64,000 nucleotides of DNA from Dictyostelium discoideum (Eukaryota): positions 2,176,001-2,240,000 of the forward strand of contig CM000151.3 of assembly GCA_000004695.1 (NCBI GenBank), in the 5' to 3' direction. Below the pieces are notes generated by a model. It had not been told where the DNA came from, did not search any database, and saw only the letters and a list, made by a program, of their open reading frames with translations. Position numbers and translations under genes: made by a program. Below are positions 1 through 12,568 of the stretch, piece after piece (within the stretch, counting starts at the first letter, position 1; each line of letters starts with the position of its first letter).

Positions 1-581
1 TAAAAGTTTAGAAAATATGATTAAAAAAAAAAAAAAAATAAAAAATAAAAATGGGACTGCTGGAGTTTGTGAAAAAATGAAAAAATAAAAAATAAAAAAA
101 TAAAAAATAAAAAATAAAAAATAAAAAATAAAAAAAAAAAAAAAGAGGAGAAATTTGGAAAATATCTAACGTCTCCCCAAAAATAAATAAAAAAAAAAAA
201 AATAAAAAAATAAATTAAAAAAACAGTATCTTTTTTCGAGTGGGAATTTTATTTAGAAATTTCGAAAATCAAAGCAATGCAATGTCATATTCAGCTCAAT
301 TGGCAAGAGTATCTCGATTAATAATTGTAATTAATAAATACCATGATTTTCAAAAAAAAAAAAAAAAAAAAAGTTAATAAAAAAAAAAAGAATAAAAAAA
401 AAAAAAAGATGAAAATAAAAAAAGTTGGATTTATGATATTTTTGGTTTGAAATTTGTGGGCTATTTTTATATTTTTTTTTTTTACTTTTTTTTTTTTTTG
501 TTTTTATTTTATTATTTATTTATATTAAGTAAAAAAAAAAAAAAAATAGATTTATATATATATTGTTTTTTTTTTTATAAC

Positions 582-1669
582 CTATTTTGGTAAAGTTTGT
601 AATAAATCATTCAATTGTAAAATACTAGTTCCATTTCCACCACAAACGATTGTTAAAATATTTTTTGAATTTATATCTAAAAGTGTTGATAATTTTTTTG
701 AATAGAGTACAGATAATGTTGCACCACAAGATGGTTCTACTAAGATTCTTTCATCATCAACAAATTTTAAACAAGCATCTACAGCATCTCTATCAGTGAC
801 TAAAATTGGTTTAATATTAAATCTTTTTGAAATTTCCCAAGCTTCACTACAAACTGAACGAGTTGATAAGGTTTTAATTACACTTGTAACCTCTGATACA
901 TCCAATTTTGTCAATTGTTTCTCTTGAAAACTTTTCCAAAAACTATGACTACCAACAGTTTCAACAGTAACAATTGGTATATCATTCCAACCATATCTAT
1001 CTAAACCTTGTAAAATACCAATCATCATACCACCACCACCAACTGAAAATAAAATTACATCTGGTTTTTCACAAACACCATTTTGAACATCTTGATAGAT
1101 TTCATCAATCATTGTGGAATGACCCTCCCAAAGTAATGGATGATCGAATGGATGGATATAACAATCTGTACAACCTTCTTTCTCTGCCAATTCCAATGCA
1201 AATGTATTTGCTTCATCCCAAATAGTACCATGTACAATTACATTTGCTCCTTCATCTTTAATCTTTTCAATTGTTGCCTCTGGTATAGTATTTGGTAAAA
1301 CTATCGTTGTCTTTACATTTAATTTTCTACCTGCATATGCAACACTTTTACCTGCATTACCTCCTGATGAACAAATAAAATGAGCTTCTTCATTTTTTGA
1401 TTTTTTTTCTTTTAAAAGTTGATTACACTTTTTTTTTTTTAAAAAATAATTTCGGAAAAATAAAAAATAAAAAAAAATAAATAAATTATTTGAATAATTA
1501 ATTTTCCATCTTTTTTTTTTTTTTTTTTTTTTAAATAAAAAAAAATACATACGAGAAGGCCTACTCCACGGATTTTGAATGAGCCTGATGGTTGAAGTGC
1601 ATCTACTTTCATCCATACTTTTGCATTTTCTTCTTTAAATAATTTTGATAAAGCCAATGATTCCAACAT
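582..1669 (-). CDS. PLP-dependent L-serine/L-threonine dehydratase (2 exons: 1553..1669, 582..1427; about 320 aa)
   Basis: Exon 1 encodes MLESLALSKLFKEENAKVWMKVDALQPSGSFKIRGVGLL, including the SFKIRG PLP-lysine motif, and ends at a GTATGT donor at 1552. An AG at 1428-1429 precedes exon 2 (CNQLLKEK...HFICSSGGNAGKS..WEGHSTMIDEI..), which aligns along its length with animal serine dehydratase. The junction is phase 0 and exon 2 is a multiple of 3 including the stop. The N-terminal 60 aa of the 582..1616 ORF is poly-K/F intron read-through. Confidence 0.8.
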
Positions 1670-2148
1670 TGGAGAATTTATATGTAATGGAGGTGAAGTT
1701 TTGGTATTTCTATTTGAATTTTATTTATTTATTTATTTTTATTATTTTTTATTTTTTTTTTTTTAGAAATAAAATTAATAATCATAACAATCAAAAAAAA
1801 AAAAAATAAAAAAAAAAAATAAAATAAATAAAATAAAAGAAATTAATAAAATAAAATAAATCTTAAAATTACATTATTTTATCAAATGAAGAATCTGGTG
1901 AAATAGTTGTTTTAAGACCCATTTTATTATTATTTTTTTTTAAAAGAGATTGTTTGTATGTGTATTTTCTAAAAAATCGAAAGTGATTAGTTGTGTTTTG
2001 TGAATTTTTTTTTTTTTTTTTTTTTGATTTTTTTTTTTTTTTGCACCTTATGGATATTCTTTTTATACTGAATTTTTTTTTTATTTTTTTTTTTTTTTGA
2101 AATTTACGTCAAGCAGACCTGTGGGAAATTAAAAAGCAATCAATTTAT

Positions 2149-2181
<33 letters not shown>

Positions 2182-2486
2182 AAAATATTTTATTAAATAT
2201 CTATTTTTTATCTTTAATGTCAGAGATCAGTATTTTTATCCATTTAAATAAAAAATTGTTTTATTTTTTTTTTTCCAAAAAAAAAAATTATTATTATTAA
2301 TATTTTATTATTAATATTTTTTTTTATTTTTAGATTTTTTTTTTTTATTTATTTTTTTTTTTTCTATTTTTGGTGTATACATGATTATTTAATATATTGA
2401 AAAAAGGGAAAATGGAGGAGTTGGATTATTGAAAAGGGGGGGTTGAGTGGTGGTTGTTTGAATAATAAATTAAAAAATTAAAAAAT

Positions 2487-3119
2487 TTATGATTGCATTT
2501 TAGTTGTAGTTAATTGTTCAATTTTTTCAGCATTATTTTTAATTCTCTCTTGTAATTTATTCAAAGCGGATGGACCTCTAATGAGAGAAAGATTTTGATT
2601 GATTTCCTTAAGTTTTTGTTTCTTTTGCATTCCTTTAACACCCTCCATTCTGTTCTTGTAGAAAGTTTTCTCTCTACGTTCTTTAATTTTTTGTACTCTT
2701 GCCATTGCAATAATGGTATTATTGATTAATTCTCTATCATATTTAACTGGTCTATTACGTTTCTTTTCAAATTCTAATGTCTTATCAACAGTCATTTCCT
2801 TTCCATTTAACTTTCTAAATGCTTTAGTCCATCTAGTCTTTCTTGGATTACGTTTTAATTTAAAGTTTTTATGACATTTTGATCTACAGAAACGGAATTG
2901 CTAAAAAAATAATAATAAAAAGAAATTAATAAAAAATTAATATATTTTTTAATTTATTTATTCTTGCTTTTTTCACAATTTTTATTTTATTTTATTTTTG
3001 ATAATTTGTTTAATTATTTTTATTTATTTGATACAAACTTTACAATCATTTCTAACAAACATAACACCATGACCTGGATATACTGGTCCACTACAGAAAT
3101 AACACTTTTCGATTCTCAT
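2487..3119 (-). CDS. rlp24: Ribosome biogenesis protein RLP24 (RSL24D1 homologue; 2 exons: 3039..3119, 2487..2900; 164 aa)
   Basis: Exon 1 reads [27 protein letters not shown] and has a GTTTGT donor. The intron ends at the AG at 2901-2902. Exon 2 reads [85 protein letters not shown]... and aligns residue-for-residue with human RSL24D1 (TRASH zinc finger plus L24e fold). The junction is phase 0. Confidence 0.85.
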
Positions 3120-3679
3120 CTTTTTTTATGTGTATATATGTGTTAAAAAAAAAATAATAATAAAAAAAAAAAAAAAAAAAAAAATTTTTAAAAAAGCGAA
3201 TTTTTTTCGATGCCTCGTTTTTTTTTTTTTTTTTAATTATTTTTTTTTTTATTTTTTATTTTTTTTTTCGTTTTAATTTTTTTTATTTTTAAATTTTTTT
3301 TTTTTTTTTTTTTAATTTCGACATTCTTGATTTACAAATTCGGGATTCCAGTTTTGACTGCAAAAAAAAAAAAAAAAAAAAAAAAAAAATAGATAATATA
3401 TACCAACAAAATAATTTATCGATTGTTTTTTATCTAATAATACAGGTTAATTAAATTAACTTTTCGACCTTGGTTAAAAAAAAAACAGGATGTTAATTAA
3501 AAAAAAAAAAAAAAAAAAAAATTGAACTAAAATTGAGAAATAAAAAAAAAAAATAATAATGATATAACCCCATTCAACTAATGAGATTGAGTTAATAGAT
3601 TCTATAATCAATTTGGTAATTAATAATTTCCATATTCACTCTTGGAATATCAATTCACTATTTATTATTTTTATTCAAG

Positions 3680-3894
3680 TTATTTACCACCAAATTTATT
3701 AAGAAGTATTTTATTGCTATGAATCTTTTTTCTTAACATGAATGCTGCAATTATTAAAGCACAACCAACAACAGGTACAGTGACAGCAACTGGAATTAAC
3801 CAAGGTTTTTTATTTTCTTTGCCACATGAATCTGATGACTTAAAATCTGAATTAATAATAACTGAAAAATCTAAAAATAAAAAAAATCAGTATA

Positions 3895-3925
<31 letters not shown>

Positions 3926-6900
3926 GATAAAAATTTATAAATACCTGGATCTAATAAACATTGATTACAATGAGGCATATCAAGTGAAATTAAAACTTTT
4001 TTATCATCTTTTGAAATTATTTTAGTGATTGTTGTTGTTGGTCTACCATCTGATAACATTTTATCTTGGAATCTACCATAAAGTGTTTTACCATTTTTAC
4101 TAATTTTAAGATAATTAACATTTTGTAAATTATTACTATTTGGTGATGTTTCTACATTTGTATGTTCACTATCTATACAATTATTAATTTTACCTTCAGT
4201 AGTTGAAATATCAGATGACATTTGGATTTGTAAAGTGTTTAGATTACTTTTATAATTCCAATTTGAAACTGATAATGAAAGTTTAAAACCATCTTTACTA
4301 ACTGTGAATTGATTACCTGCAAATGTAAATTCTTTACCATTGTTACTTTCAATATTTTCAATTGTCATTATAATGGTTGCATTATTAACAATTTGAGAAA
4401 ATGTTGAAATTAAAGAACCTGAACCAGTTAGGTTATTTGTAGTATTTGTAATTTTCCAACCACTTTTAAGATTGATTAAAGAGTTTGGTACTTGATTATT
4501 ATTTAAATCAATTTCAGCAATTGAATCAATATAAATTAAATATACAGTATCTTCATTTATAATGGTAGTTGTGCCGTCGGGATTTACCTTTGTTTCAGTT
4601 GGTGGTTTTGATTCACCAACATCCTTTGTTAAACAATCAAGACCAATGAAACCAGAATTACATTTACATTCACCATTTGAATTACAATTACCATTACCAC
4701 TACAATTATTTAAACAATTAATAGTTGATTCTGAATATGGATAAATTGAACCAGACCATGTAATATTATTTTGAATGATTTCAATATTCTTTAAACCAAC
4801 ACCTGGTGGGATTGAAATAACTATTGTTTCATTATCAATTGAGTTTATTGGTATTATTTCATTATCAAATGAAAATTGGAAATATTTATGAACATCACCG
4901 AAAAAACCTGATATTGAAATGTTACCACCAGAAGTGGATGGTACCTTACTTGATGACGATACATAATGATATGGAATTGTACAAATTTCATTGTCTAAGC
5001 TTGTCCATTTATTATTACATGTACATTGTTTAGTAGTTTCATTACAATATCCATTTTCAGGTTGAAGGTATGGATTAATTAAACCGGACCATGTTATACC
5101 ATTTTGGGTTACTTCAGTTTTTACAAAACCGAATCCTTTACCAATTTGAGCATAGATTGTATTTGAATTAATTGAATCTATAAGGGAGCTAACACCATTA
5201 AAGGAAACAGAAATACCCAAATGAATATCACCAAACCAACCATATAATTTGATTGCACCACCAGATTCGACTGGAACTTTGGTTGAGTTTGTTACATTAT
5301 GAATTGGGATTAAACAATCCTCACTAGTCCATTCTTTAAAACATGCACAAACACCCATATGATCATTACAAATTCCATTTGAATTACAAGTTGGATTTTT
5401 ACATGGAACAGGAGTATGAATTAAATTAAAGTAGGTTGTTGTACTTTTATCTTCAACCATAACTGTAAATGATTTATTACCATAGTCAACAATTGGATAA
5501 TTAATATCACAAATTATTTTATAGAATGTAGTTGATTTAACAATACAATCATTATTACCGATCTTAACATTTACAACTGATTTATCATAAGAATAATATT
5601 GACCAGTGATTTCAAATGTTGCATTATTTTGAATGATCGTATCGATTTGTGGTGCATTACCTGCGATTGAAACTGTGAAATTAATTCCTGGTATTAAAAA
5701 TCTAATTTGAATAATATCATATTGATTACTAGCAACACTAAAATATCCTGAAAAACTATCATTTAAATTATTTGAACTAAATTTAATTTCAGGATATGTT
5801 ACAATATTATCTAAATTTGTTCCAATATTTTTTCCAATTAATGTAACTCGTGTTGATGATAAATTTAAAAATTTATAAACATTTATTTGACCTTTTTTTT
5901 TTTTTTTTTTTTTTTTAAAAAATATAAAAATAAAAATTAGTTATTTTTTAAAAATTATATAAAATTAGTTAATTATTATTCTATTCAAACTTACCATCAT
6001 TACAAGTTGAAGTTAAATTATAATTTGAAAAATTATTACCAACTAATCTTCTTTGATATGTTGGATCTTGTAAATAACAATAATAGCAATCTGGTAAAGA
6101 TCCTGATAATAAATTATTTGAAACATCTAAACTAATTGAACACCATGATTCATCGATACTACCAGTTAGTTTGTTATTACTTAAAGTAGCAGTTTGAGTG
6201 AATGCTGATTTTTGTAATGTATCTTTTACAGATGGAAGATTACCACCAATTTCAGAATTTGATAATGAAAATTGTTGGGCTCTTTGAAAAATTGATAGAT
6301 CTGGTAATGTTGAAAAGTTTCCATTTTCAACTATAAAGTTACTACATGTACCTGTTGGTAATTTTGAAAATGGGAAATTACCATTAATATTGAATTTTTT
6401 ACCAGCATTTTTTAAAGAAAATGAAACAAGTGTTTGATTACTATTTGATAAATCAATATAATCAGCTGGTGGACCCCAATTTCCTTGTGTAAAATATCTA
6501 CATTTATTATTATAATTATTATTTTTATTATTATTATTCAAGATAACTTTTTGAAAAAAAAAAAAAATTAAATTAAATAAAAAACTTACATAGTACCCCA
6601 CATTGGATTAATAATATTAGAAAATTCAGTTGGGAAATTTAAAGGATTTGAATTTGAAAAACCCATTCCTATGTAAGTTAATTTACTAAAAGATAGAATG
6701 TTCACTAATGAAGATTGATTAAAATCATTTCCTAAATTGAAGCTTAAAGTCCTTAGAAAAGAAAGTGATGATACATCAGGTATATTTTTAGTATTAAAAA
6801 ATAATGATGAGAGTTTATTACCACTTTGATCACCATCAATTTCAATATCACATATTGCTCCCAAAACAGTGCTTTTTATTTATTTTTTTTTTTTAAAAAG

Positions 6901-7528
6901 AAAATATAAAAAATTGGGATTAATTAATTATATCTAATTGTTTTTTTTTTTTTTTTTTACCAAAAAATTTTAAAAAAAAAAAAAAAAAAAATTTATTAAA
7001 TAAAAATAAACTTACAAACTTGTTACATCTTTCAAATAAGATGCTTTAATATTCATGTGACTATTAATTCCTTCTCCTTGAAAATTAATATAAACATTAT
7101 CATATTTTGGAAGGACTTTATCAAATTCAAAGTATAGTTTATTGTGAATTGATAAATAGCCTATTGAGGGAATTGGAAAGTATGCAAAATTTTGATCTAC
7201 CGAAACTTCTGCCATATATAAATAGTAAAGTTTAGTGAACCCATTAAAATCACTCCAACTTAAAATTTCATTTGTTGTGGATCTCAATGTCCTAAAAAAT
7301 AAAAACAAAAGGAAAAAAAAAAAAAAAGTTAAAAAATACTACTAAATTGAAATTAATTTCTTGTTTTAAACATACAAAGATTCTAAATTTCCGTTGGAAT
7401 TACACCTTGAACCAAAAAATACCCCACTACATATTATTGTTTCAATGTTTGGTATATTAAGTTTTGTGTCATTAACTTTTTGAATAATACTATAAAGATA
7501 TGGTACTTTTTTTAATTTTTAAAATCAG

Positions 7529-7564
<36 letters not shown>

Positions 7565-7684
7565 ATAATAAATATAAAAATAATTATAATAATAGTTACC
7601 CTCTTCAGAAACAAGATCAACAGAGTTTACAAAAGATATAAATGAAATCAAAAGGATAATTAATATTGGTAAATTGTATTTCAT
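3680..7684 (-). CDS. Receptor A: type I membrane glycoprotein with signal peptide, plant-type LRRs, tandem IPT/TIG domains, EGF-like modules, TM and short tail. Seven exons: 7600..7684, 7376..7505, 7016..7291, 6590..6871, 5995..6497, 3945..5891, 3680..3870; about 1137 aa
   Basis: Exon 1 is a signal peptide (MKYNLPILIILLISFISFVNS) followed by a GTAACT donor. A 130-nt mini-exon (..ICSGVFFGSRCNSNGNLESL) is required to restore phase between exon 1 and the 7012..7308 ORF. The 6586..6864 and 5981..6601 ORFs carry LxxLxxLxLxxN repeats (NKLTGSIDESW..SNNLLSGSLPD). The large exon carries repeated IPT/TIG-like modules (ISGFFGDVH...VISIPPGVG..IEIIQNNITWSGSIYPYS) and EGF-like Cys spacing (CSGNGNCNSNGECKCNSGFIGLDC). 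The last exon, after a GTATTT donor at DPG, encodes the TM FSVIINSDFKSSDSCGKENKKPWLIPVAVTVPVVGCALIIAAFMLRKKIHSNK.. All seven junctions are phase-consistent with GT/AG. The acceptor of exon 5 was placed after the Asn-rich read-through (AG at 6498-6499) to restore frame. Confidence 0.7.
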
Positions 7685-8001
7685 TTTTTGTGTAATTTTT
7701 TTTTTTTGAAGTTTTCTGCTTTTGTTTTTTCTTTTTTTCTTTTTTCGAAACCAATCATATTCTAAAAAAAAAAAAAAAAAAGAAGAAAAAATTAAAACAC
7801 TGTTTTTTTTTTAGATTTTTTGTTTTTTTTTATTTTTTTTTAGATTTTTTTTGATATTTTTTTTTTTTTTATTTTATTTTTATTTTTTTTTTAATTTTAT
7901 TTTTTATGGTTTTCAAAATTTTTTTTTTTTAGACTTAAGTACTCTATTTTGGGAGGTCTTTTTTTTTTTTGAAGAGACAAACCTTTGGAATTTGAACGGT
8001 T

Positions 8002-8039
<38 letters not shown>

Positions 8040-8269
8040 AAAATAATAAAAAGAATTAAGTAAAAAAAAAAAAAAAAAATAAAGTTAAAATATAAAATAA
8101 TAAAAACAATTGTTTTTGATCATCAAACCCCTTAAATACACAATTCCTTATTTTTTTATTTTTTATTTTTTTTTTATAATTAATTTCTTGAAAATTTGAT
8201 AATAATAATTTTATAAAAAAAAAAATTTGGGAGTTTTTTTTTTTGAAGACCACCTTTGGAATTTGAAAT

Positions 8270-8319
<50 letters not shown>

Positions 8320-8423
8320 AATAAATAGTTAAAATATTAATAATTTTATTATTTTCCAAAAACAATTTCTTTTGATTATCAAACCCTTGTTTCTCAAATT
8401 TTTTTATATTTTTTTAGGGTCTT

Positions 8424-10820
8424 TTATTTTAAATTATTCATTCTTTTTTTTTCTAAATTTCTTAATAAAAATGCAATTATTAAAGCACAACCAATAACAG
8501 GTACAGTGACAGCAACCGGAATTAACCAAGATTTTTTATTTTCTTTACCACACGAATCTGATGATTTAAAATCTGAATTAATAATAACTGAAAAATCTAA
8601 AAATAAATAAAGCAATAAAAAATTAATATGAAAAAAAAAATATAAAAAAAATAAAAAAAAAAATTTATAAATACCTGGATCCAATAAACATTGATTACAA
8701 TGAGGCATATCAAGTGAAATTAAAACTTTTTTATCATCTTTTGAAATTATTTTAGTGATTGTTGTTGTTGGTCTACCATCTGATAACATTTTATCTTGGA
8801 ATCTACCATAAAGTGTTTTACCATTTTACTAATTTTAAGATAATTAACATTTTGTAAATTATTACTATTTGATGATGTTTCTACATTTGTATGTTCACTA
8901 TCTGTACACTTATTAATTTTATCACTTTCAGTGGTTGAAATATCAGATGACATTTGAATTTGTAAAGTGTTTAAATTACTTTTATAATTCCAATTTGAAA
9001 CTGATAATGAAAGTTTAAAACCATCTTTACTTACAGTAAATTGGTTACCAGCAAATGTAAATTCTTTTCCATTATTACTTTCAATATTTTCAATTGTCAT
9101 TATAATTAAAACATTATTAATATTTTGATAGAAATTGGTAATTGATGAGTTAGAAGTACTATTATCAAATTTCCAACCATTTTTAAGATTAATTAAACAG
9201 TTTGGTACTTGATTATTATTAAAATCAATTTCGGCAATTGAATTAATATAAATTAAATATACAGTATCTTCATTTGTAATGGTAGTCGTACCATTAGGAT
9301 TTATTATTACATGAGTTGGTGGTGTTGGTGACCCTGAATCTTTATTTGTTGAACAATCAAGACCAATATAATTATCATTACATTTACATTCACCATTTGA
9401 ATTGCAGTTTCCATTACCACTACAATTATTTAAGAATTTAATAGTTGATTCTGAATATGGATAAATTGAACCAGACCATGTAATATTATTTTGAATTATT
9501 TCAATACTCCTTGAACCAACACCTGGTGGAATGGTAATTACTATTGTTTCATTATCAATTGATTCAATTATTACTTGTTTATTATTTAATAATACTATAG
9601 GATCATCATGAACATCACCAAACCAACCTGATAAGGTAATATTACCACCAATGTTTGATTGTACAGTACTCGATGATGATAAATAATGATTTGGTATTAA
9701 ACATGGAGAGTATGGATTTAACCTTGTCCATTTACTATAACAATAACAAGACTTGGTTATATCATCACAATAACCATTGATTATTGTTGTGTTTAATAAA
9801 GATAGGGGAAATGTTGTATTATGTCCATTAACTTTTAAATAACCTTTTGAAGAAATACCACCATATACAAATATAGGAATATTAATTTTACATATTATTT
9901 TATCAAATGTACAATATTCAACAATACAATTTAAAATTTCTTTACCATTATCAATTTCAACACTAATTCCAGATTTATCATATGAAAAGTATTCATCATA
10001 AATAAAAATAGTGTCAGCCCCAAATGAATTTGCATTTACTATTGGTGGGCTATTTTTCAATGAAATTGTGAAATTAATACCTGGTACTAAAAATCTAACT
10101 TGAATAATATCATATTTCCATTTACAAATATTCCACTAAAACTATCATTTAAATTGTTTTTTTGAAAAACTATTTCAGGATATGTTACAATATTTATTAA
10201 ATTGAATCCAATATTTTTTCCCATTAATACAACTCCAATATCATTAACAATAATTTTATAAACTGATATTTGTTATATATATATATAATTATTTAAATTA
10301 GTGTTGTCAATTATTTTAAAAAATAATGAAAAAAAAAAACAAACATACCATAGGTACAAGTTGCATTTGTATTGTAATTTGTAATTTATTAAAAGAATAT
10401 TATGATTGATACATAGGGTCATTTTGATAACAATATTTACAATCTGGCAATTGGCCAGTTAATAAATTATTTGAAATATCTAAACTTATTGAGCACCATG
10501 ATTCATTGATGAGAAAATTATTATTTAATGAAGCAAATACAGTAGATTTTGATTTTTGTAGTGAATATTTTACAGATGGAAGATTACCACCAATTCCTAA
10601 ATTTTTTAATGAAATACCTGTACAAGATTCAAATAATTTCATATCTGGTAGTTTGGTATAATCCATAAATAATTCCAAATGAAAGACATGAATTTCCAGG
10701 TAATTTTATACCAATTGGTATACTTCCATTTATATTAAAATAGCAACAATTGTTGTAGGGAATTTTTTTTGAAATTTCGCTTTCTAAACGGCAGTGAATT
10801 TTTACACTAAAATACACTGT
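8424..10820 (-). pseudogene. Receptor B: frameshifted tandem copy of receptor A (3' two-thirds only)
   Basis: The region is about 85-95% identical at nucleotide level to receptor A at the same offset (about 4.75 kb). A 1-nt deletion (ccattttact at 8821-8830 versus ccatttttac at 4101-4110 in A) splits the reading frame into the overlapping ORFs 8424..8789 and 8747..10060. Further indels lie at 10085-10200 relative to A 5690-5800. The LRR exon (10400..10817) has internal stops relative to A. Homology to A ends at about 10740-10820. Confidence 0.6.
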
Positions 10821-10844
10821 TTATGCATGGTGTAAAAATTCACT
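10793..10844. repeat. Perfect 15-bp inverted repeat (agtgaatttttacac / gtgtaaaaattcact) with a 22-nt spacer
   Basis: The sequence 10793..10807 is the exact reverse complement of 10830..10844. It lies where homology between receptor B and receptor A ends. Confidence 0.7.
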
Positions 10845-10967
10845 AAATTTTTTTTTTTTTTATAATTAAATTAAAAAACAATTTATTTAATCAGAACAAT
10901 AAAAAACCAATTTTATTCAGTTATTTGCTTGTTATTTATTTTTTTATAACAAAAAAATTTAGTTGGT

Positions 10968-11019
<52 letters not shown>

Positions 11020-11266
11020 CAATTATTTTTTTCAATTTTTTATTTTATCAATTGTTTCATTTTTGGGGAATAAAATAAAATTGTTTTTATTGAAAAAAAT
11101 TATTAAAAAAAAAAAAAAAAAAAAAAAATTGATAGTTTATATTTTAATTATAATATTCATTATTGTTTATATAATTATTTTTAGTATTTATATTATTTAT
11201 AATTATAAACTCGAGTTAATATTAAATAAGCGAATTAAGACACTAATTATAGTTGACCCACATTTA

Positions 11267-11305
<39 letters not shown>

Positions 11306-11695
11306 TCTATTAACTTATTTTTGTGTCTTCGTTACATAAAAAAAAAATGAAAAAAAAAAATGAAAAAAAAAAAATGAAAAAAAATAAAAAAAATGAAAAA
11401 TAAAAAAAAATAAAAAAAAAAAAAAAAAAAAAATTGGCTCAAATCTAACAATTTAAATTGTTATTTAATTCTTAAACAACAAATAATTGTTTAAAATTAG
11501 TTTTTTTTGATTAAATAAATTGTTTTTAATTTATAAAAAAAAAAAAAAAAATTTTAGTGAGTTTTTACAATTGTAAATAATAAAACCTTTTAATTTAAGC
11601 TGATATTAAAATAATAAATGGTGGATAAAAAAAAAAAAACTGTTTTGGTGGTGAAGATGAATTGATTTTGTAGTTTGCCAATTTTAAATAATTTT

Positions 11696-11726
<31 letters not shown>

Positions 11727-11842
11727 TTTTAATAGAGAGATATAAGAGAGATATGTTAATTATAATAATAATTGGGTTGAAAAAACCATTGATTTTTTTA
11801 ATTTTCTTTTTCTTTTGTAGTTTGCCAATTTTAAATAATTTT

Positions 11843-11878
<36 letters not shown>

Positions 11879-12196
11879 GTTTTTTTTTTTTTTTTTTTTC
11901 TTCATTTAATAACATTCTCTTTTTTTTTTAAAAAATAATATAAATTATAACTTTAAATAAAAATAAATAAATATATTTTAAAATGGCTGAATTGAAAATT
12001 ACATTAATTAATGAAGATGGGGAATCAACAATAAGTGGTAAAGGTAAATTAATTGAAATTATTAATTTCTAAATATTTAATTTTTATTTATATAAATTTA
12101 AAAATCTTACATTTCATTCCATTAATTTCCTCTTCCTTTTTTTAAAAATATAGCTAGTCAAATACCAGCCCCCCCACTTTTCCACCACCATATTTT

Positions 12197-12403
12197 ATGT
12201 ATTTTACCGAATACAAAATTAATGGTAAGCTTTGGGACAAAAATGAATTTCAAATAAAATCAGGTAAAATTGAATTCAACGGAAAAGAATTTGATATTCC
12301 TGAATCCCAGGGTACTTGGATTAAAGATGATGAAGAAAACGTAATCTCTATTAGAATATTTCCAAGTCGACAAGCTAATAGACCTTTTTCCTTTGGTTTT
12401 TAG
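12197..12403 (+). CDS. Small ORF (68 aa, [68 protein letters not shown]); possible short gene, function unknown
   Basis: This non-low-complexity ORF with a balanced composition begins at an ATG and follows a pyrimidine-rich stretch (12121-12190). A possible upstream coding fragment, MAELKITLINEDGESTISGK at 11983..12042, ends at a GTAAAT donor. No phase-compatible acceptor joins it to this ORF, so they are kept separate. Confidence 0.25.
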   Translation: MYFTEYKINGKLWDKNEFQIKSGKIEFNGKEFDIPESQGTWIKDDEENVISIRIFPSRQANRPFSFGF

Positions 12404-12534
12404 ATCTTAAAAATAGATCTGAAAAATACACAAAGAAAATAAAATTTTGAATAAATTTTATTTTTCAACATAAATTATTTCTTGTTTATAAACAATAAAA
12501 TTTAATTATTTTTTAATAAATAGATAGATAGAAT

Positions 12535-12568
<34 letters not shown>

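Noticed and set aside
5981-6601. The N-terminal MGYYVSFLFNLIFFFFQKVILNNNNKNNNYNNK part of ORF 5981..6601, and the C-terminal [21 protein letters not shown] of ORF 3871..5460
   Set aside because: These are intron read-through. Real exon boundaries were placed at AG 6498-6499 and at donor 3943-3944 to keep the receptor A frame.
8424-8789. ORF 8424..8789 read as one protein (MLSDGRPTTT...FFFLFFLYFFFHINF...TM)
   Set aside because: It reads through an intron that happens to be in frame. It belongs to pseudogene B: last exon 8424..8596 plus the end of the large exon.
10925-11350. ORF of 141 aa made of poly-F, poly-K and poly-N (likewise 11675..11938, 40382..40771, 17391..17615, 8056..8365, 1439..1500)
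   Set aside because: These are translations of poly(T)/poly(A)/(AAT)n intergenic tracts. They have no complex sequence and no start context.
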